A stretch of DNA of 64,000 nt from the NCBI RefSeq assembly GCF_001194135.2, contig NC_068986.1:73578237-73642236 (forward strand). Direction: 5' to 3'. Positions within the stretch are counted from its first letter, which is position 1. Each line of letters opens with the position of its first letter. Positions 35,221 to 48,869 of the stretch are shown one piece after another. The stretch is from Octopus bimaculoides. Lineage: Eukaryota. Made by a program: the position numbers and the translations under genes. The notes below the pieces were generated by a model that saw only the letters and a program-made list of their open reading frames with translations, ran no database searches and was not told where the DNA came from.

Positions 35221-37458
35221 AATGTGTGAAAAACAAAATAGGAATTTTGAAGGAAGTTTCTATAAAACTACTTTCCAAATATAAAATAATTATGGGGGTC
35301 CACCAGAATAAAATATTAACCAAAGGGGTACATAGATTAAAAAATGGTTGGATTAGGGCTGACATATTGCTAAGCAACAAAAAAAAACAACACCAGTCAA
35401 CATGTAGTGCTATAAGTTTGCTCGATCAGAGCTGGCCTCAGCTTAAATAATATTATATTTGATCACTAATGACCAAATTGAAATAGTTAAAGGATTTGAA
35501 ATACTGTAATTTGACTAATTTATATATTGTACATTTTGAATTCCTTAAAGAAAATAAGTTAAAATTAAATATTTTTTTTTGAAATCATGTGGAACCAGAG
35601 AAATATTTTATATACATTCTTTGGCCTTCTTTTTTTTTGTTTTTTTTGGGAGTATAATGGTAAATAGAAATGAGAAATGTCTTGCACATAATCCAAAAAT
35701 AGTTTTCAGAAGTCGTGATTGTTTTCAAACAACTAAATTGAGTTTATTGGCACCATATGCTTTTATGGCCATGGAAAAAAGAGATATTGTGCATGTCCAA
35801 CATCATAGTGAATAAAAAGTCATAAAGAGCTAATTATCTCAAAATTAACATAATCTTAGGTATTGCATGCTGGGAATTGTCTCCCATGTGACTTCTCTGC
35901 ATTGAAAATTTCCTTTCACTTAATCTTTTGAAAGAAACCAAACAGAGGCTTGACACAATATGTTCCATAAAAAATGGCACATAATGAGAAAAACAAAAAT
36001 TAATGTTTTCCATCATGGAAACCATATATTTTGGGATTTTCAAACATTTTGTTTCTAAACAGGATAAATCACATTTCAACTGAATAGTCATAATTTATGA
36101 ACTGTAGAATGCTTCAGTTTTTTTTTATCCCATAAAAGCATCATGTGAAAAGAATGACCTTATATTCCTCTTGAAAAAAATAAAAATCCTTTAAAGACCC
36201 TTTGTGATGTCTTTTCTGTTGTCTTTTCCTTATGCTATTACAGTTTTAGGAAATTTAAATCAAGTTTTATTATAAACAGTTATTGTTATATTGTACTATC
36301 ATCATCTTCATCCTTTTTTCCATGGGCCAAATGGATTTTCTAGGGCTGGATGTTCTTCCAGTTGCCAACCTTTACAAGTACATCATATGTGTCACTGGCA
36401 CAGGTTCATTTTACGTGGCACTGGCACAAGTGTATTTTATGTAGCACTAGCACAAGTGCATCATATGTTTCCAGACAAGGCAATATTTCTTCATGGCAAG
36501 ACATTTGTTTCCACAGAAGACTGGAAATGAATAACATTGCTTGTATAACAGTGATGCTTGTTTACAATTGTCATGTGATGTTACCCACACACACACACAC
36601 ATTCACACACACATGCACACATATACGACAAGCTTCTTTCAGTTTCTGTCTACCAAATCCACTCACAAGAGTTTGGTCAGACCATGTCTATTGTAGAAAA
36701 CTCTTGCTGAAGCCGCTGTACTGTGTATCTGAACCTAAGACCTCAGGGTCCACAAGCAAGCTTCTGAACCACATGGTCAAATTGCTGGCCTTGTGCCAAA
36801 ATCTGAAATCAATTTATTATCATCGACTGTTAGTATGCTGTGCAAAATGCTTAGTGGCATTTCATCTGTCTTTATTCTCTAAGTTCAAATTTCGTTGAGG
36901 TTGACTTTGCTTTTCATCTTTGTGGGGTCAATAAAATAAGTACCAGTTGAGCACTGGGGTCGATGTAATTGACTTACCCACTTCTCCAAAATTGCTGGCC
37001 TTGTGTCAAAATGTGAAATGAATATTTTGTTATTGATCTGTTTTTATCAACCTTTTGATAGGTTCTCTATAGTTGATACCAACTTTACGATAAGAATCAA
37101 TTCTTTGCTCGTACATGTTTTTTTATTATTCTTACTATTACTGCCACATTGGTAAAAATCAATTCCCCTTCTATCGATTGCCTCAATTTCTATCAATCTT
37201 GATCACATGACAAAAATGAAAAATCTATAAATAAGTAAAAGAAAAAATACCCACCCCACTTGTTCGCACAACCCTCACCTGCTTAATTCTTTCCCTTTGT
37301 GTTTTGTTATCTGTTAATATCTCAGAAATGTTCCTTCAGTTGTAAAGTCAGATTTGTATTTCTTAGAATTAGCTTGATCGTTTCTTTTAAAAGTAACATC
37401 TATTTGTGGGACCAACTATTACTAGCTAAAGAAATGGTAAAAAGAAAGGGTAAAACAG

Positions 37459-37925
37459 TTGTGAATTACTTCCACCAGATGAGCAATTGCAAAGTCTTGC
37501 CAGTCATGCCACAATACAAGCAGTCGTGAATTAGTGTCACCAGATGAACAGTTGTAAATTAATGTAACCAGATGAGCAATTGTGTAATAGTGGTACTAGA
37601 TGAGCAGTTGTGAATTAGTGTTACCAGATGAGCAGTTGTGTATTAGTGTCACCAGAAGATCTATTGTGAATAAGTGTCACCAGATGAACAGTTGTGAATC
37701 AGCTTCACCAGTTGAACAGTTGTGAATTCGTCCCACTAGATGAGCAACTGTAAATTAGTGTCACCAGATGAACAGTTGTGAATCAATGTCACCAAATGAA
37801 CAGTTGTGAATCAATGTCACTGGATGAGTGGTTGTGAACCAGTGTTACCAGATGAGCAACTGTGAATTAGTTTCACTAGAGGAGTAGTTGTGTATTAGTT
37901 CCACCAGATGAGCAATTACAGTTGT
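37459..37925. repeat. 28-bp minisatellite, consensus AGATGAACAGTTGTGAATTAGTGTCACC, about 15 units
   Basis: Head-to-tail units with no spacers. Confidence 0.9.
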
Positions 37926-38624
37926 GACACGAAATGAAAAATGAAAGAACAAGAAAGAAAACTACAGAGAAGATGAAAATCTTTAAAGAATAGTAAAAAC
38001 TAAAACCTAAATATCAACATGTACTTTTGGTTTGGGAAGACTGAATCAAGCTTTTGAGGAAGGCATCAATAAGTTGTTTTATCTCTAACATGGTTAACAA
38101 TAGAAAATACACCTTTTTTTTCTCTTAGATTCTTCCTTTTAGATGAAATATTGAAGTATTGGAAATGTATATTTTATCATCAAACACATGCATATACAAA
38201 ACACACACACACACACACACATACACACACACGTACATGCACACACACACATGCACACACACACATGCACACACTTTGACATGTTTATGCACACCCCATA
38301 CAATTATTTATATATTTCTATTTTTCATATTTTGCTTTGTATATATATCTACAAAATTGCTATTTTTTTTCTTCTCCAAAATATGATCTTCCTTAGTTAT
38401 TTTCTTTGATATTCTTTGCTAGTTGATTTGCCATTCCATTTTAGGTTTATCTTAAGATCTCTTTATTCTTTCATAACCATGTACTAGTACAATACAATCA
38501 CATGTTCCAATTACATAAAACCATTTAGAGTCACAATACTTGATATAATTATTATTTACTACCTAACTCAATCTCTTGCTATAATTACATAACCATTCAC
38601 AACCATGACATAACAACTTTAATC

Positions 38625-39205
38625 ATCATCATCATCATCATTGTTGTCGTCATCATTGTCATCTTCATTTAATGTCCATTTTCCATGGTGGCATGGATTG
38701 GACATTTGACAGGAGCTGGCCAGTCGGAGAGCTGCTCAGGCTCCACTTGTCTGTCTTGGCATGGTTTCATCAACTGGACGTCCTTCCTCCTGCCAGCCAG
38801 TGCACAAAGTGTACTGGGTGCTTTTAATATGCTACTGGCACAAGTACTTTACACATGACACCAACACAAGTGCATCATATGTATCACTGGCTCAAGTGTA
38901 TTTTACGTGGCACTGGCACAAATGTATTTTACATGGCACTAGACTAGCACAAGTGCATCATATGTGTCACTGGCACAAGTGTATTTTATGTGGCACCAGC
39001 CCAAATGCATTTTACATGGCACCAGCCCAAGTGCATTTTATGTGGCACTAGCGCAAGTGCATCATATGTGTCACTGGCACAAGTGTATTTTATGTGGCAC
39101 CAGCCCAAATGCATTTTGTGTGGCACCAGCCCAAGTGCATTTTATGTGTCACTGGCACAAGAGCATTTTACATGGCACCAGCACAAGTGCATTTTATGTG
39201 ACATT
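38625..39205 (-). mobile_element. RTE-type 3' UTR with an expanded 26-bp minisatellite
   Basis: The RTE tail (catcatc...tttaatgtccattttccatgg) is followed by about 14 units of CACTGGCACAAGTGCATTTTATGTGG / CACTAGCRCAAGTGCATCATATGTGT. Confidence 0.8.
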
Positions 39206-39907
39206 GGTACCTATAATTACAAATTCATATAGTATTTACAGCTCTGCATTAGAACAAAAACAATAACTCCAAAAGACGAAAAAACAAAGCAAACAACAAA
39301 CCTAATGCATTACCATTTTCTTAGTATGTTAGAATTTGTTCTGTGACTGAAACTCTTATAATAACCTCAACTTAATAAGACATTTGGTTCTACTAATTTC
39401 CGGTCTACTGTTGTCAACACGTCTATGTAAGTGTGATTTCAATATAATCTACAAACAGAATACCTTAACCAATCCAAAATCTTTTGTAAATGTGAAACGT
39501 CCAATCAGTGAAGGTATTGCATTGTATGACCATGAGGTCATGAGGTATTATTTAGTGTTTCATTGAGTTTCAGAGTATTTTACTCTACATTGCTACTTCA
39601 GTTCATTTGACTGTAAAATAATTAATATGTAGAGTTACTTGTCAAAGACTTGAATCATTTTCCTTGGGAAATATTTGTTCTTCAACTGCTATTATGAATA
39701 CAGTTCACATGACATTTTGTGGTTTGTGTAAGATTTTTAAAATTCTTGTGGTTAGCAATATTAAAATTTCTTTAATTTCCTTTTCACCATTAAAGACTGC
39801 AAATCTTATGAAGCTGATATCATGATTTTCTCATTGAAACTTGCATTTCATTATAATATACTGTTAGCCAGATGAACACCACAACTTTTAGTGGAGTACA
39901 TTTTGTA

Positions 39908-40178
39908 CACAGCCTGACCAAGTGCCACATCAATGTAAAAACTTGGGAAAAGTTAGCTGAAAACAACAGCATAGAAAACCTAGGCGAACAAAGGAGTTAA
40001 ACAGCTTGAGGAAGAAAACATCCTGGCTTCTGAAGCAAAATGTCAAAGAAAGAAAGACAACACACCACAGCCCTGCAGCACCTTCCTTGCTTGCAGATTT
40101 TGCAGCAGAGCTTGTTCATCAAACTTAGGAAGGATCAGCCATGAGAGAAGCTGCAGGAAGAAGACTAAAAGTTCCTAA
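39908..40178 (+). mobile_element. RTE (BovB-like) LINE C-terminus with zinc-finger-like motif
   Basis: SLTKCHINVKTWEKLAEN, then after a frameshift KGVKQLEEENILASEAKCQRKK...CRFCSRACSSNLGRISHERSC...* (CxxCxxxCxSxxGxxSHxRxC). Confidence 0.8.
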
Positions 40179-40469
40179 TTAAGACATTCTCTACTACTTA
40201 GACAGTCAAGATGTAAAAAGCCATATATTTTGTTGTAGGTATTCAAACCACATCTCAAGTCTGTGGGTAACATCCACTCTTTATCCCACTAGCTATGGCA
40301 GCACTGAAAATAATCATGCAGGAGGTTCTTTGTTCTTTGACTAAATGATAAATCCTAAAATATATCTCTAAGTATGTCTGAAGAGGTTGTTCTCAGAGTT
40401 ATAATGTTATTAATTTTCTAATCACAATTGAATCAAGTTCAGTTCCTTGTCTTTCGCCATAACAGTTTA

Positions 40470-40660
40470 CCACAAGACAATGAGGAAACCTGTACCCAAT
40501 CACTCAACTTACTAGAAATAACAGCCAGATACCACTCAATTAACACTATCTTTTCAAATAAAGATTTTATTGGAAGGTCTAATCCACGATGAACAAGATG
40601 GTTATGGCTGGATTGTCTACTAAATAATGATTAACTAGACACTAAACAACAACAACAATG
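40470..40660 (+). mobile_element. (AAC)n-tailed SINE-like family (similar copies at ~50215-50410 +, ~59825-60030 +, ~62330-62510 -)
   Basis: Shared tagaaataRcagccaRat...ctaaacaacaacaac architecture. Confidence 0.55.
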
Positions 40661-41039
40661 ACTTTACTTGTGTAAGATGAGAAATAGTGGTACCTTATCC
40701 AATCAGTTGTTATCATACCTCCACCGATAATAGTTGTGTTCTATAGTGTATCATCAATACAGGTGTATTTTACAGGAAGTTAGATAGACTGACAATGCCT
40801 AAAAGTGACAATGATATTCGTTACTTTTGACACCAGGAAATATCTAAAAACTAGCCATGTCATCCCAAACTTATAAATTTGTACACTAATGTCTCCTATG
40901 TGTTATTGATTTCAAATAATGTTGTAAGTTCGACTTTCAAATGTTGCATGCCTAAATCTCCACTCTCTCCATTTTTTTCTCTTTCTCTTTTTTTCTCTCT
41001 CTCTTTTTTTCTCTCTCTCCCTTTTGGTCCCATTCTCTC

Positions 41040-41042
<3 letters not shown>

Positions 41043-41116
<74 letters not shown>
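41043..41116. repeat. (CA)n microsatellite
   Basis: Directly visible. Confidence 0.95.
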
Positions 41117-41118
<2 letters not shown>

Positions 41119-41749
41119 TTGTTCTCAACAAATCTTCTCTACTCAGGCTCACTATGTGTGTAGCAGTTAAGAACACATATTTTTAAGGAGGCTTACCTGC
41201 TATGTAAACTCTCACCTGAAGCAACCTAGTTGAGTATAACACTCACCCACTACAGCTACATCAATCAATTGGCCATAGCTGTTACCTTTATACTCAGCAG
41301 AAAACTGGAAATTCTTACAAAGCTGAGTGATACAGACAAAATCTGTGGCTGCTGTAAAGTTCCAGCTAGATTGAATATGATGTATTGATGGAATAGGGAA
41401 GTAGACAGAGCCATAAAAGTGAAGGGACAGGTCTGGAAGGATTGGAAGAATGGAGGTAGCAGAGAATTATATATAAAATCAAGATGTTGGTAGTGAGAAG
41501 TGTGCTTGACTGATTAATGGTACACTTACACTTAGTCACTTAGTGATTCTGATGGAAAATAGAGTCTGTGTCATTTATGCATTCCCAAAATGAAAATAGA
41601 AATATTTACATTCAGGAATAAAAACTGGTGCATATATTGCATCCATTATTGCTTTGTACTGATTCTTCATAGAAAAGTTACATAGTTCCACCTTGATCTA
41701 AGTCTGTTCAGAAGTAAGTTGAACGATTCATCATTCAAGTAATCATCAT

Positions 41750-42190
41750 CGGCACCACCTGTGTCCAAGTTTGATTCATCTGGTGCCTCTAAGATGCTTA
41801 AACCTGACATGGCTCAGAAAGCCAAGTCAGAAATAGAACAGTCTTAGGCATTAATTGCATGGCAGGGCAGGTGGTGATCTTGGTTGGAGTTGCAGTGCCT
41901 TGTGTTGCCTTCTTCAGTCTTTTCCCTTTCCTTGAAAGTGGAACAACTGAAATAAATTGCTCTTCTCCAGGATGGACGTACAGCAGCTTCTGTTTCCCAG
42001 GTGTTAGGATTAATTCTAGCTTGAAAGAGAGAGGACTTCAGTTGGTCTTTGAACCTGCATTTTGGGGCTCCTTGATGTTGTTTGCCATAGATGAGCTCAC
42101 TGCAGAGGATGATCTACAAGAGTCTTGAGGAGGCCATTTGGACGACATGTCTTGACCACCTGAGATGATGCTTGAGGATGACAGCTTGAG
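41750..42190 (-). mobile_element. RTE (BovB-like) LINE ORF 3' fragment
   Basis: Minus strand reads QAVILKHHLRWSRHVVQMASSRLL*IILCSELIYGKQHQGAPKCRFKDQLKSSLFQARINPNTWETEAAVRPSWRRAI. Confidence 0.85.
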
Positions 42191-44301
42191 ATATAACCAG
42201 TAACTAGTAGAGTATTACATTATGTGCTTCTATATATAGCTTATGGTGGTTTATGATAAATTCACTCAATGTACTCTAAAGTAGTTGCTTGTGAGTGGAA
42301 ACAACATAAGGTTGAGACAGCCCCTTATTTTTATTGAAGATATGGTGACCTTTCTAGAGATGGTCAATGATAAAAATGCACTTTGTACACTTTGTAAAGT
42401 GAATGGTGTTTAGAAGAGCATCCAGCCATGGAAACTATGACTAGATTAGAACATATGACCAAGAAATGGTTCTGGGACTCATAGTGGAAAATAGTAGCTC
42501 TTAATAAGAAGTGACTTGGATTGTGATGATCTATCCAACACAAGCCAGTGTAGAAAATGGACACAACAATGGTGATGATGATAATACAGGATGTGAAGAG
42601 GTTGAGAAGCCCAGATAGATTACTTCCCCAACCTCGACACTCCACTGTCGTCTGTTTTGCATATCAGTTGGCTCTGTTGATGGCAGCTATATTTGTTCTA
42701 CTACAGAATATTCTGCATTGTATTATAATAACATGAACATATCATAAAATGATGCTATAATTCTAAATTTTCAAGTAATGATATATTCTAACACATTCTA
42801 CAATATACTGCTGTGTCATTCAAATCAGAGGATATCTCAAGTGTAGTGAAAAGTGGGGATTTAAAAACTTTGTATTATTCTGTTGTTATTGATGTCAGGC
42901 GCCGGTTTAAACTCTTTAGAATTTGTTTCAACATTGGCACCTCTAAAGCATGTCAAATTCTCCATCGTTTCATCAGGTAGCATATATCTTTGTTTGAAAA
43001 TGTTGTGGAATCTTCTGAGGAAATAGATAAGATGTGAAAGACTTAGGTCAAGAGACATTTGAAAATGTNNNNNNNNNNATATATATTGATAGAAAAGGTA
43101 AGACAACAAAAGAAAGAGACCTTGATATGATGTAAATAGAGGAATTTATTTGTAAATAATATGTGACAATTATTTACAGATATATATATACCTTATATTC
43201 ATATACACACACAGTTACTAATAAGCTTTGTATAGATGTGTAGTTTATGTATAATAACATTTTCAGCAAATACTGCAAATGTATACTTTAAAACTTTTTG
43301 AATTGTTGTTTTGTCAAACTTTTTCAATATCATTTACACAAAATTACAGTTTTCGATTTTCATATCTAGCATTAAGTAATTAATAATTGTTAATTGTTAA
43401 TTAGCTATATTATTGGTAATCATTGTGACTATAATTCTTAGCCATAAAATTAATTGAAATTCTTCGTTGCTGATTTGTTGATGGTGGCAGCAAAGAAATA
43501 ATGATGTCTGCCAATCAAAACCTTCCATTTCACTTTCTGCCAATATTGTTAGTGTAGAATGGCTATAACTTCATGGTACCACTAATCTTTAGCAAATCTT
43601 TATAATGGCAACAAGTAATTTATGATATTGCATCAAACATGAAGACTATGTCTTCTGTCATACTGTACATGTGTATCTGCTGCCACCACCACTTCTGTCA
43701 CTATCGTAATCACTATATCTGCAGAAACAGCAACAGTTAATGTAATATTTAATCTGCCTCCAACTGCAATCAGGAACATCCAGTGATTCCTTCATATCTA
43801 TCTCCATATATGCACACACACACACATCAAAGTTGGTCCTCAGTTTGGCCAACTTCTTTTGTTGTTGTTGGTGTTGTTGACATAAAGTCTAGATTTCCAT
43901 TAAAAGTTTATTATTAATCAGTATTGATTTCCACAGTGTGTTGTGTCTGCCCTATTGATCCACGCCAAGTTAATTAACCTATTTACAAAATAGTTGCTAT
44001 CTTTCTCTGTATCCCTGCATATAGTGTCAGTGAAATCTGCTTATACAATCTATTGTTAATAATGTCAATGTATGAAAACCACAGATGGCTGAATTAATAT
44101 GCTGCTGGATTGCCATTTGATGGATTGACATTTTCCTATCAAGATCCTGGCATGGCCAAGTGATTGCATACTTCACAATCACGTGCTTCTAACTTTTATT
44201 GTACCGGGTGACATTCTCATAGCATTGGGTCAACCAATGTGCTTCAAGAGGAATGTGAACAGAAAATGTGTGTAAGCCTGTTATGTGTATGTATGTATGT
44301 A

Positions 44302-44343
<42 letters not shown>

Positions 44344-44639
44344 CGTATGTATATGTGTAGCTGTTGGGGGTGCACGGCCTAGTGGTCAGGGTGTTACACT
44401 CATGATTGTTTCACAACCTGATGTCCATCTTGTCACTTACCCTTACCTATTTTTCAAGTAAAGAATCTCTTATTCCATATGTTTTTGAAATTACTGAGCC
44501 ACTGGATGTTTAGTTGACAGGGAAGTGACAACTAACTTCACTGCTTGTAGCTCAATGCTTTCTTTTATGTAAAAGATGTAGATATTTGTCGAGACACAGA
44601 GGCACCCCATCACACACTATTTGCAATCAATAAGGATTA

Positions 44640-47190
44640 ATAAAATATGTTGTTATTTGCATCTTAGACTGGTCCAGCTTATTGAATTTTTGTGTCACCA
44701 GTGTTTATCTCAAACCAGCAGTGCTACCAGCCCAGAACTTTCTGGAAATTATTCATAGGTTCAAACTTAAAAGTCCTCCAGTACAAACTTGTCAGTTTAT
44801 TTTCATTTCATTGATATCCACAATTTCCCTGAGAGTTTGCCCACCGACAATCCTGTATAAAATTCCAACTTGATACCTAGCACATTACTCAACTAGTAGA
44901 GTGTCATGAGTACTTGACAACATTCCAGATGCCAAGCATTCTGTCTCAGCCTTTGCTTGGTCCATTACTGCACCTCTGTTAAGGAGACAATCTGTGGGGA
45001 AAATGTGTCAAATAGTGACTGCATCAGTGCATATCTGTATGTCATCAGCTATGGCTTACCCAGTCCACACAACATATGTTGATAGAAAATGGAGTATCTG
45101 ACTAAAGGTGAAACACATATCTTTCGCAGATAAAATCCAAAAAGGCAGAAGAGTAGAAACTCCAGTTGGATCAGATATGAACTAGGTCATGATATAATGG
45201 TCTGGTGATTATAGAGAATGGAGGTAATAGAGGTGTTCACCATCCTTTTCGGGATAACTTCATTTTGGCCTATTTCTGGGTATGGTTGACTATCCTGTCT
45301 GTTACCTCATCACAGTTTTTCTCTACTTGGCCACCTAGATTCAACCAGAAGCTGACCTCCTCAGGTACCAAACTGCAGGCCTTTTCTTGGTTGATTTTGA
45401 CTCCTGTTACCGTCTCATTGTCCCTGAGAACAGTGCTGATCACCTTGATATGCTTGGCGTTTGACACTATTATAGTGACATCTACTTAGACTGAAACAGA
45501 TCTGCATTCTCATTGGTGCTAGATCAATTTTGATAGACTGAGTGTATGTTACTGGATGGTTCTGATAAATGGCCTGTAACTACTGAACAGATATTGCTGT
45601 ACATTGTGGTGATTCTGTCCGTGAAGATCAGAGCAAAACTGGTTACTGTGAGGATAGTCATGATCCTATCAAAAGCTTTTAAGTGAAGTTGATCAGAACC
45701 CCGTCCATGTCAGGTTCCTTAGCCATTCTCTCTCTTTGATGTATCATATGAGGTGGAGGTCGTCATGGATAGATCTGTTTGGGATGGAACATATTTGCTC
45801 ATCACCAATCAGGCTACTAACAACAAGCACCAACTTTTCACTGACATGTTGGCCAAAATCTTGAAATTGACATTGATGTAGAGTAATGGACAAAAAATGG
45901 TCAATGTGCTCCCCCTTGTTAGGTTCTTTCTCTACTGCTTCCTGATTCACAGAACTAGGGATTCTTCCATCCTACTGCCAGTTGCAGTAAATACCTGCCA
46001 AGTGGTGGCTGAACAAGTCTGGCATATAAACATGAAGCTCATAGGTTAGGCTTCTATCCAGGTTATTTGCCTCTTATGCAGCTGTTATTGGTTTTCCACA
46101 TTTATCTTTGTTGCTGAGCGTTGCAGCAAGCTGTTGAGGCAGGCATTGAAGTCCATCCCATGATCTGTCTGTCACAAGTTGAGCAAAGTGTTATTGAAAA
46201 GTCATGCACATCTACATGAGATCTAGTAGCATGCACTCATCATGAGCCACTAAAGACAGAACTATGTCTTTATTGCCATGGCCATGTTGTACCTCTGTTA
46301 CATGGGTGCATCAAATGGATTTTATTCCTTTATGCTAAGAGGATGCATCTTAGCTCCAACAATGCAGCCTTTATGCTTTGTACTGAAGAATGGATCAAAA
46401 GTTAGTCTCATTGTAGGTATGTCAGTCATGATGCCTTTCCTAAGTACCTCTTCTGAGTTTCTAACTAGATTTTGTTCTAATTAGTTTTTTTTTCTGAATC
46501 TTGTCCCTTATGAAGCCTTATCAATTATGTTCTTAACACACTATCAGAACAAACCACCATTTGTTGATGATGATTGTCTCCATTAAACCTCACTTAACTA
46601 CTTTGATAATCCAGTTTTTGAAAGTTTTGCTTGTCAGGAAAATCATATTCAGCTTCCAGTAATTGAATCCCAGCCTAAGAAACTTATCACGTTAACTGTT
46701 CAGATTAGAAATTTGTGGCCTGTAAAGCTGATGACTTTAAATTGTGGGCAACCTATGCTGACCTAATTTACTAGACTTTAAAATACTGTACCTAAATATG
46801 ATCTGGAAGACCTGATGTAGTTGGTCTATGTCCAAACTGGCATAGGTTGGGAAAATGTTTGAATAAGTATGTGTGTCATTTGCTCTCCATACAGCCCTGT
46901 CATGCATCTAAGGTACCTATCCAATCCTCCACTATCACCAAAGAGCAGGTGTTTCCAGGAAAGACTCTAGATTCTTAAAGAAATCTGGCTACACTGCTCC
47001 TGTCAACCACTAGTTTGAAGGTATGGAATTCACTGGTTGCATCCAATACCACCAACTTACCCTCTGGAGATGCATACAGCTCACAGCTCATAGCTGTTGG
47101 AGATGAGTGTGAGGGCTTGTGCCTCAGAAAATATGGTCCTGTTGATGGCCACTGTATCTATGTCAAGTGACCTGAGCTTGTTGAGCCGGT
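44640..47190 (-). pseudogene. Decayed Tx1/L1-clade LINE ORF2 (APE endonuclease plus reverse transcriptase)
   Basis: Minus strand: SPEGKLV, FKNLESFLET and SLVIVEDW (endonuclease, ~46920-47070); YWKLN (~46650); KEPNKGEHIDHF..ITL and SLIGDEQICSIPNRSIHDDLHLI (RT, 45744-45950); KAFDR; ETVTGVKINQEK and QVEKNCDEVTDRIV (45270-45467). Many frameshifts. Confidence 0.85.
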
Positions 47191-47198
47191 GGCCTTGC

Positions 47199-47233
<35 letters not shown>

Positions 47234-48869
47234 GGATTTGTTTTGGTTTCTTTCTGTGAGATTCTATCAACCTCTCCACAACTATAATCACTCCTCTATA
47301 TGTTCAGCAATTAATCTCTAAATTTACAGGTCTACCTTACCTGTGCTTTTATTGAAAAGAACAACAGAGTGAAGCTCAAAAGTAGTATAAAATAAATGTA
47401 CATCTTGTGCCTCCATTTCATTAGTTCAGTTCCTACTCTGCTTCATCTCTCCAGGTTGTACAAAAATACCAGTAAGTTACCCCTACAAAATAGTCCATAT
47501 ATCAGATGAAGTCATTAATGCAAATATAAGCATATCTATTTTATCTGAGAATATTTCTGTCCATAAATGTCTACTCGTGTAGAATTTCACCTTTGGTCAT
47601 TTCAATTTCCTTATTTCTGTCTTTTTACTTTCTCTACTTTATTAATCTCTATCGTAATCACTGGGATGGAGAAACTAATGATGGTTGTCCATCATACCTT
47701 GTGTTGGACATTTCTACATTATCTAATGCTAAAGCATGTTTGAAAACTGCAATATTCCCCACTTCTTGGCAAAACTTATAACCATGGAGGAAAGCAGATA
47801 CATCTACTCTTAAGCATACACACACTCAGACACTCATACGTACACATTAATACACACATACACATGCACACACATACACCTTCATGTGCGCATGCACACA
47901 CACACACACACACACACATGCACACAAATGATTCTAATTAGAATATCTTTTGGATCAGTGGAAAATGATATATTCCTTTGGTCAATTTTGGAATTTCTAA
48001 CTTATTCAAGACAACTACATGAATAATGCATCATCAATGTGTACACTATAAATAAAAGGCATTTACTTTACTTACTGGGAGAGCTGTAGCTATTTTAACC
48101 AACCACAGGCTAGTATTTATTGTAATGGCATTGACTTATCTCTGGACAGTCACTAAATAATGATTTATAAAGACTTTGTTCAAAGGTTAAACAGATAATC
48201 TTTTTGATCTGGGATCATAGCATAGGCAAGGTGGAAATTGTCTCTTAACTTTTCTTTGTTGAAATATTCACTAAAATTTTGGCTGTTTTTCTTCTATCAT
48301 TTCTAGTTTCTGCATAATTTAGTATTTATTGTTGACAATGATAGATGAGATAACAATCATCTAGTGTGTGCGTGCTGAGTGTATGTGTGAGTGATAAATG
48401 TAGTGCGCTGTATTGTACTCACATTAAATGGGATATCATGAACCAGGTAAATTATTATTGTTACTATTTTTCTCAACAATTTTTCATTTTATTTTATTTC
48501 ACTTCAAAGACGTTACTTTTGTATTCTCATTAACATTGTTTGTTAATGCATTGTTTCTAACGATAATGAAAGAATTAATGTTTTTTTTTATTTTTTGTTT
48601 TTGTGACACATAATTGTTGTGAAAATTAATAAAACCATAAAAATATCAATAACATTGCAAGGTCAAGTCGATCAAAGTTACCCGTCTACCTATAAAATTT
48701 GGCCTTTAATTTCATTAGAAGAAATTTCTTTTTTGCATGTTTGTGATGGTGACGGTGGTGGTGCTGGTGTTATATGTCACATTTATAAACAAATATTTGA
48801 CTAGAACAGAATATTTTGATAAGCAGTTACTCAAATTTCAAATTACTCTACACGACCTTTACGCCCTTT

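Larger units (their letters stand above)
34395..35361. mobile_element. hAT-like MITE hosting a piggyBac-like MITE and a SINE
   Basis: The left end is CAGTGGTTCTCAACC and the decayed right end is ggttggattagggctg. Confidence 0.6.

Noticed and set aside
37459-37925. 28-bp repeat array as a possible CRISPR
   Set aside because: The units are head-to-tail with no unique spacers, there are no cas genes, and the context is eukaryotic.
39500-39547. CCAAT plus TGACCAtgAGGTCA nuclear-receptor-like element
   Set aside because: A single short motif with no independent support; plausible by chance in 64 kb.
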